64,000 bases of DNA from an uncultured Planctomycetia bacterium. GTDB taxonomy: Bacteria > Omnitrophota > Gorgyraeia > 2-02-FULL-51-18. Positions 28,301 through 37,300 of this stretch are shown in pieces. Below the pieces are notes generated by a model. It ran no database searches, was not told the origin of the DNA, and saw only the letters and a program-made list of their open reading frames with translations. Numbering within the stretch: position 1 is the stretch's first letter; each line of letters opens with the position of its first letter. A program made the translations under genes and the position numbers. The stretch is taken from contig CAZSGP010000001.1 of NCBI GenBank assembly GCA_964606485.1, positions 97,085 through 161,084 on the forward strand, written 5' to 3'.

Positions 28301-31300
28301 TAGTCAACAGTGGAGCGGTGCTTGATTTAAATGGGTTCGCGCTCGGAACTGCTGAAGGCCTAACTTTAAATGGGATGGGTATTGCCAACGGCGGCGCTCT
28401 CATCACCAATGCCGCGTCCACATTTCTGGGAGCTATTACACTTGCAAGTGACACGCGCATTGCAAACTCCGGCGCTGGAACTGCGCTCACATTGAACGGC
28501 GGCGTTACGACAGCTGGCTTTTTGTTAACGGTCGGCGGCGCGGGTAATACTACCTTTTCGACTGCCGCTGTTGCGGGAGCGGGTGGAATTATCAAAGAGG
28601 GTGCGGGAACACTCACTATGAACGTATCTTCAAGTTATACGGGTGCGACACTGGTGAAGGCCGGAACATTTACTTATGGTGCGTCCGGTCTTTTGGCAGT
28701 GACCGCGTTAACGGTGACCGGAGGGACGTTTGATATCAATACAATTTCCGACGCCATTGGAACGGTAACCCTGCTTGGTGGAAGCATCACCGGAACAACC
28801 GGCGTTTTAACGTCTACCGGATACACGGTTGAAAACGGAACGATTGATGCGATTCTTGCAGGTGCCGTAACCTTGGTTAAAAATACAACTGGAACGGTGA
28901 CGATGACGAAAGCCAACACCTACAGCGGCGCTTCCACGATCAATGCTGGTACGCTGACATTGAGCGGATCGGGAACGGCAGTGAGTTCCGCGTTTACCAT
29001 AAACTCAGGCGCAACACTGACGCTTGATAATAGCGGAACCAATGTCGCAAGCCGCTTGGGCGACGCGGTCGCACTGACCATGAATGGTGGAAATTTTTAT
29101 TTTATCGGGAATGGCGCCGCGGCCGCATCTGAAACAGCGGGCGCGCTGACGTTGTCATCCGGGTACAACATCGTAACCGTTACGGTGGGCGCCGGCGGAT
29201 CTACGATTATGACCTTTGCCAGTGCGTCGAGAACGGCGGGCGCTACTGTTTTATTTCGTGGAAATAGTCTTGGAAATGCGCCTGCCGCAAATGTTGCCAA
29301 TATTCGTTTCACCAATGCCACCGGATTGGGGTTAACGGGAGCCAACACCACCGCGACCGATAAACCCATTGTTCCTTATGCGTTCGGCGAGCCTTCCGGA
29401 GGCGGGACGGGAACGAGTTTTGTCACGCACAATGTTGATCTTGTTGGAAACGCCGCAAACACAAACGGTATTCGTCCGCTCGATCTCGCCACCGAGTACG
29501 TCGCCGATTCTTTTGCAGCAGGTTCTGCTAATAAAAACGTCATCATCCAAAACGCAACCAATGCTGCCGCCCAGACGATTAATTCACTGCTTCTTTATAA
29601 CGCCAGTGTTTCCTACGCCAGTGATGTAACGATCACCGTGACATCGGGTGCCGTGGCTCGTGTGCTCGCAGGAGATATTGAAGCAACCTCTGCAAGCGCC
29701 ACCCGCATATTGGCGTTCGCAGGTGTTGAAGCGAAAATTTTCGCCATCGATTCGTTTTATATTGCTCCAAATATTACCGGAACTGCGGGGCTCAGCACGG
29801 GCGGCACGGGTACGCTGACATTTCCCGGCGCGGGCACGTTTGGTGTTGTCAAAGCTTACACGGGAACCACGACGATTAATTCCGGCACGCTGACCTATGG
29901 ACTGAGTGATGCCTTGTCTAGCGGAGCGGTGACGGTTGTCGGCGGAACTTATAATCTTGCGGGATTTTCAGATAGTATCGGTGCGCTCACAATGAATGGG
30001 GGGACGGTTACAACCGGAGCTGGTACGCTGACGCTCGGCGGTACTGTGACGACGCTCGCCTCAATTAGAGAGTCGACGATTAGCGGGAATCTTGGACTTG
30101 GCGCTAATAGAATTTTTGACGTGGCCGATGGTCTTGTTGTAAATGATCTGGTTGTGTCGGCCGTGATTAGCGGGGGCTTTACCGTTACAAAAAGCACCGG
30201 AACCGGCACACTCGTTTTTTCAGGTGACAATACCTACACGGGCGTAACCACTATTTCAAGCGGAATTTTTAAATTAGGTGCGAGCGGCGGCGGAGTGAAC
30301 ACGCCTCTTGGCACAACCGCCGCAGGAACGGTGATCTCTAACGGTGCGGCATTTGATTTAAATGGATTTACACTTGGGACTGCTGAAGGGTTAACCATCA
30401 ATGGAACCGGCGTTTCCTCGTCCGGCGCTTTGTTTAATAGTTCGGGAACCGCCGTAACCTATAGCGGATTACTCGTGATCGGCGCAACCGCGCCAACGAT
30501 TACGGCAAATAATGGGAATATCAATATATCCAATGTCGGAACTATTACCGGTGCTGCGGTGGTGCTGACATTGAGCGGCTCCGGCAATGGGTCGGTTACG
30601 AGCATCATTGGAACACCTACAAGCGGTTTAACAAAAACGGGTGCTGGCACTTGGACACTTTCCGGTGATAGCACTTATGCCACCGCAACCACCATCAGTG
30701 CAGGTGTTATAAAACTGGGCGCTGCCGGCGGCGGCACCAACACACCGCTCGGAACAACCGCGGCGGGAACGGTGGTCTCAAGCGGCGCGGCGCTCGACTT
30801 GAACGGTTTTACTTTGGGCACAGCCGAAGGTTTAACCATTAGCGGCGCGGGCATTGTGAGTGGTGGAAGCGTGGGCGCTTTGATTAACAGTTCAGGTAGT
30901 TCCGTGACATACAGCGGACAACTGTTATTAGGGGCCAGTTCCACAATCACCGCAAATAATGGAGATATTAATTTAAGCGCCGTCGGAACCATCACGGGCG
31001 CAGGTTTTGCGCTGACTTTGAATGGATCTGGAAATGGTTCACTAGCCAGTGTTGTTGGAACGGTAGGGGGTACAGTCGTTAAAAATGGCCAAGGCACCTG
31101 GACATTGTCCGGCTCCAGCACCTACACCGGAGCGACTACCGTGAATGCCGGAACTCTCAAGCTCGGAGCCACCGGTGGCGGTACGAACACGCCGCTTGGC
31201 ACGACTGGCACAGGAACCACGGTTAATGCCGGCGCCGTACTTGATTTAAATGGTTTTACATTGGGAACCACTGAGGGCTTGACGCTGAACGGAAGCGGTA

Positions 31301-34300
31301 TCAATAACGGCGGCGCTCTCGTAAATAATTCAGGCTCTGCTACCGGTTACAGTGGTGCCATCGTCATGGGTTCGGCCACGCGCATCACCAATTCGGGTGC
31401 CGGACTTTTGACGCTGAGTGGTGCTACTACAGGCGCTTTTAATCTTTCGGTAGGTGGCGCCGGCGATACCACGATCTCCGCAAATATTACGACGGCTGGA
31501 ATCACACTCACCAAAGATGGGGCGGGGACACTCACTTTAAGCGCTGCGAACGGCTTCACGGGACTCACTCGCGTTGACGCGGGCACTTTAAAATATGGCA
31601 TTGCCAACGCGTTAAACACGGGTGCTGTAACTATTGCTGGCGGTACATTGGACATCAGCGGATTTTCTGATACCAATCTTGGCGCGCTGACATTGATTAG
31701 CGGCTCGGTTATCAATAGCGGCGGCGCGGCAACCATTACTTCAACAGCAACATACACACTTGAAAGCGGTACGGTTAGTGCTGTTCTAGCCGGTGTCGGA
31801 ATTGCCTTAAATAAAAATACGGCCGGTACGGTGACGATTAATGCGAGCCAAACCTATACCGGAACAACAACCATTAATGCCGGTATTTTAACTTATGGAG
31901 CGAGCGGACTTTTAGCGGCAACTGCGATAAACGTATCGGGCGGTACCTACGACATCAATTCTATTTCCGACACCGTCGGCGCCGTAACGCTTACGAGCGG
32001 ATATATTACGGGCACCACCGGTGTTCTAACCGGCACGTCGTATGCCGTGCAGAGCGGCACGATATCCGCCATTCTCGGCGGTGCAGTGGCTTTAACCAAA
32101 ACGACTTCCGGCACAGTGATTTTGTCCGGCCTAAATACGTATACCGGTGTTACGACGATTACTGCCGGAACTTTAAGCGTTTCTGTTTTAGCGAACGGCG
32201 GCGCATCTAGCGGCATTGGTGCCGCTGCAGCCCTTTCCACTAATCTTGTGTTTAATGGCGGCACTTTGCAATACACGGGTACTGGGCACAGCACCGACAG
32301 ACTTTTTACCATCAACACAACAATTACGGCGATTATTGACGCGTCAGGTTCCGGAACCGCTTCGTTCACTGGCGCATCGATTACGTATCAAACTAACAAC
32401 ACGATCCATGGACTCACTCTTACCGGAAGAGGCAATGGCAGTTTTACTCCCGTGATCGCCAATATGGGAACAGGTGTTACCTCCGTTACTAAAAATGGAA
32501 CAGGCACTTGGACTCTGAATGGCACAAGCACTTACACGGGAACCACGACGGTGAATGCGGGCACTTTTGCCTATGGAGCCAGTAATATACTGGCCGTAAC
32601 GGCCTTAACCGTTTCCGGAGGAACCTTTAGCATGGCCGGCTTCTCGGATACGATCGGAGCGGTCAATCTTACGAGTGGGAGCATTACCAGCACCACCGGT
32701 GTTTTGACAGGAACTTCGTATGCCGTGCAAAGAGGGACGATCAGCGCCATTCTTGCCGGTGCGGTCACGATGACGAAAACGACTGCGGGTACCGTGGTGT
32801 TATCCGGCGTAAATACATACTCGGGCGTCACCACCATCACGGCCGGTGTATTGAGTGTCGGCACAATTGGCAATGGTGGTGTCTCAGGCAATCTCGGAGC
32901 AGCTGCCGTGGCGGTGGGCAATATCGTGCTAAACAGCACCGGCGTTTTGCAGTATACCGGATCGACTGCTTCAACAAACCGCGGCTTTACATTAACGGCG
33001 GCTGCTACTTCTTTTATTGATATCACGCAAAGCGGAACCATTCTGACGGTTTCGGGAGGCAGTGCCGCCAATACCGGAGGGCTCACAAAGATTGGCGCCG
33101 GCACCTTAACATTTTCTGCGGCCGTTTCATACACCGGAACCACAACCATCACTGCCGGTACGCTCGCTTACGGCGCCGCCAATATTTTAAGCACCGGTGC
33201 TGTCACCGTTGATGGCGCTACTGCTGTTCTAGCCATGGGCAACAATCAATCGGATACCGTTGGCACTGTTACGGTTTCGAGCGGCGGCAGCATCACCGGA
33301 AGCGGAACTTCCGCACTCACGACCACTGGAACCTTTGAAATGCAAAGCGGCTCAGTGAGCGCAATCCTTGCCGGAGCCGTCGCTTTAAATAAAACGACTT
33401 CCGGAACCGTGACGCTTTCCGGTGTCAACACTTACACGGGTGTTACCACGATTAGCGCTGGAACATTGAGTGTCGGAACGATTGGAAACGGTGGCGTCGC
33501 TGGAAATCTCGGAGCTGCCGCCGTGGCAGTAGGAAATATCGTCATCGGCGGCACGGGAGTGTTGCAGTACACCGGCGGCACAGCTTCCACGAACCGCGGC
33601 TTCACCATCACCGCCGGTCAAACGGGCACGATTGATGTGAGCAATGGCGCAGCAACACTCACCATTTCAGGCGGAACCGCAACGAACTCGGGCGCCCTTA
33701 CAAAAATTGGAGCTGGCACTCTAACCTTTACGACGACTGCCGCGACTTACACTGGCACCACCACGATCAATGCGGGAACTTTGTCCTACGGCATGGCCAA
33801 TATGCTGAGCAGTGGAGCAGTCACCGTTGACGGAGCGACTGCGGTTCTGGCTCTGGGCCTTAATCAATCCGACACGGTCGGAACGGTTACAGTGGCGAAT
33901 GGTGGAAGCATCACCGGAACTGGAACCTCCTCACTGACTTCCACAGGCACCTTTGAAATGCAAAGCGGTTCGGTGAGTGCGATTTTGGCGGGGGCGACAA
34001 TTGTAATGAATAAAACCACCGCCGGGACGGTGACGCTTTCAGGAGTAAATACATTTACTGGTCTGACTACAATCAGCGCCGGAACATTAACCTATGGAGT
34101 CAATGATGCGTTGTCGAACGGCGGCGTGACCGTCTCTGGCGGAACGCTTAGTCTTTTAACTTTTAATGAAACGAATATTGGCGCGGTGACGCTGACAAGT
34201 GGATCCATCACGAGCACAACCGGTGTTTTGACGGGTACGTCTTACGCCGTGCAAAGTGGTTCGATCAGCGCAATTCTTGCCGGAGCCGTCGCTTTAAATA

Positions 34301-37300
34301 AAACGACTTCCGGAACCGTGACGCTTTCCGGTGTCAACACTTACACGGGTGTTACCACGATTAGCGCTGGAACATTGAGTGTCGGAACGATTGGAAACGG
34401 TGGCGTCGCTGGAAATCTCGGAGCTGCCGCCGTGGCAGTAGGAAATATCGTCATCGGCGGCACGGGAGTGTTGCAGTACACCGGCGGCACAGCTTCCACG
34501 AACCGCGGCTTCACCATCACCGCCGGTCAAACGGGCACGATTGATGTGAGCAATGGCGCAGCAACACTCACCATTTCAGGCGGAACCGCAACGAACTCGG
34601 GCGCCCTTACAAAAATTGGAGCTGGCACTCTAACCTTTACGACGACTGCCGCGACTTACACTGGCACCACCACGATCAATGCGGGAACTTTGTCCTACGG
34701 CATGGCCAATATGCTGAGCAGTGGAGCAGTCACCGTTGACGGAGCGACTGCGGTTCTGGCTCTGGGCCTTAATCAATCCGACACGGTCGGAACGGTTACA
34801 GTGGCGAATGGTGGAAGCATCACCGGAACTGGAACCTCCTCACTGACTTCCACAGGCACCTTTGAAATGCAAAGCGGTTCAGTCACGGCTATTTTGGCGG
34901 GGGCGGTGGCGCTGAACAAAACAACATCAGGCACAGTGACATTGACCGGAGTTAACACTTACTCTGGCATTACCACGATTACATCTGGCACGCTCAGCGT
35001 CGCGGCTGATTCCGGTCTCGGCACTGCTCCCGGTTCTCCCACAGCCGGACATCTCGCCTTTAATGGCGGCGCACTTCAAACGACAGCCGGTTTCACGCTT
35101 AATTCTAATCGTGGTGTGGCTCTTACGGGAGACGGCACTTTCTTGGTGGATCCTGCAACCACTCTTGTTTACAACGGAATTATTACGGGCACAGGAGCTC
35201 TCAGTAAAACAGGCACAGGCACACTGACACTGGGCGGCAGTGTGACGAGCGGCGGATTGACGGTGACTGCGGGAACGTTTGGTGCTTCCGGAGTTTCGTT
35301 GCTTGATGTGAACGGCAACGTCTTGATTAACGGCGGTACACTCACACCGCCCGCACTTAACTTTACAGTTTCAGGGGATTGGACAGTAAGCTCAGGCACT
35401 TTTAACGCGGGTTCAGGACGCGTGGTATTTGATGGATCAGGAACTCAACAAGTCAGTGTCGGCGGGCAAAGTTTTTATGAATTCACACACACGGGAAGCG
35501 GAACGGTTCAGCTGGTGACGAGTGCCTTCAGCGCAAACGCGTTTACGAATTCCAACGGAACCTTTAGTTTGAATGGTCAAAATTTCACGGTCTCAAGCTC
35601 TTCTTTTACGAACACCGCCAATATGGAACTTCAAGGCAATGAAACCGTTTCGATTAATTCTCCCTACGTCGTGGCCGGAACCTGGACTTACCGCGGCCGC
35701 AATATCGCTGAGACCTTGACGATTAAAGATTTCGGTGCGATTGATTATTACAATTTAACGATCAATGACACGAACGGCACCAAAGCAACGTTTAGCATTG
35801 CCGATTCTTTGGTGGTGAGCGGCACACTGACGCTTTCGGGCGGAAATCTCACGCAAGCGTCCGGATCAGGGAACACCATTACGGCGGCTATTTATGCTCA
35901 ATCGGGCGGCAGTACGTTTACGGGCGGTAACGCCGATATGACGATCAATGGAGATCTGGGTCTTTCGGGCGCTGATACTATTTTTACAACCTCCAGCGCG
36001 ACAACTCAGGTGATTACGCTGACGGTGAATTCGAGCGGCTCTGGCGAGCTCTTAATGGCTTCAGGAGCCACTCTTCGCGTGACGGGTTCCGGAACACCGG
36101 TGACCGGAACCGGAACGATCGATACGACCACCAACGGGAATAACACTTTTGAGTTTACAGGTGCGGCAGATATTTCAACAGCGAGCCCCTTTTACAATCT
36201 TTCTCTGATCGCCGTTCCATTTAGTCAGGGCGGAATCCTCACTTTAAATTATGATGAAAGCGCCATCACATCCGTTGTGATCGATACGACCAACGGCTTC
36301 GGATACTTTGGTACGGGTACAAGCCCCGGCATCATTATCAAAGTTCGTCTCGCCGATAACAGCCGCGTGGGCGCTTTAACACTCGCTTCAGGTGAAAATA
36401 ATTTAACCACCGCGGTGATGGACGGCCAATACGCCTATTTCGGAACCTATACCACTTCCGCAAAAGTGGTGAAAGTGGATCTGTCCACTTTCACGCGCGT
36501 GAGTGCTGTTTCGTTGAGTGCGGGTCAAGACTATCTCTATGCTTCCGTGGTCGACACCACCAATCATTTTGCTTATTTCGGAACTTACACCGCACCCGGC
36601 AAGATCATTAAGATCAACACCGCCTCCGGCAGTTTTGCTTATGTCGGAGAGTTGGACATGGGCTCGGTCGGAGCCAACGAAAGTTATTTTTATAACAATG
36701 CCGCGGTGCTCGACACCGAAAACAACTTTGCGTACTTTGGCACCTATACCGAGAATGGCGCAAGCGGCGCTTACGTTGTTAAAATCAACACCGCTCCGGC
36801 CGGTTTTGCTTATGTCGGCAATATTGCGCTTGCGAATGGAGAAGACAATATTGCCTCTGCGGTGATCGATCTTTCGGGGGCCACCAATTACGCTTATTTT
36901 GGAACCGACACCGCTCCTGGACAAATCGTAAAAGTGAATTTGAATACCTTTACGCGAGTCGGCGCCGCAACGGGCATTGTGGCCGGCGAAGACAATTTCA
37001 CATCCGCTGTGATCGACACCGCCAATCAATTTGCTTATTTTGGAACCGACACCGCTCCCGGAAAAATCGTGAAAATTGATCTCGCTACTTTTGCGAAGAC
37101 GTCTACCATCACTCTAAATTCGGGCGAAGATTATCTTTATTCTGCGGCGATTGACACCTCAAACAATTTCGCTTATTTCGGCAATGCCAATAACCCCGGC
37201 TACATCATCAAGGTGAATACCTCGACCGGCTCGTTTGCACGCGTTTCATCTTTGCAGACCAATGTCGCCGAAAACTGGATCAATTCCGCGGTCATCGATA

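Larger units (their letters stand above)
24900..35300 (+). repeat. In-frame array of autotransporter-associated beta-strand (PATR-like) repeats. Higher-order ~300-aa units partly homogenised.
   Basis: Motif recurs many times: TLTK(N/T)GAGTLTLSG.NTYTG.TT(I/V)NAGTL.YG. Approximate boundaries. Confidence 0.7.
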
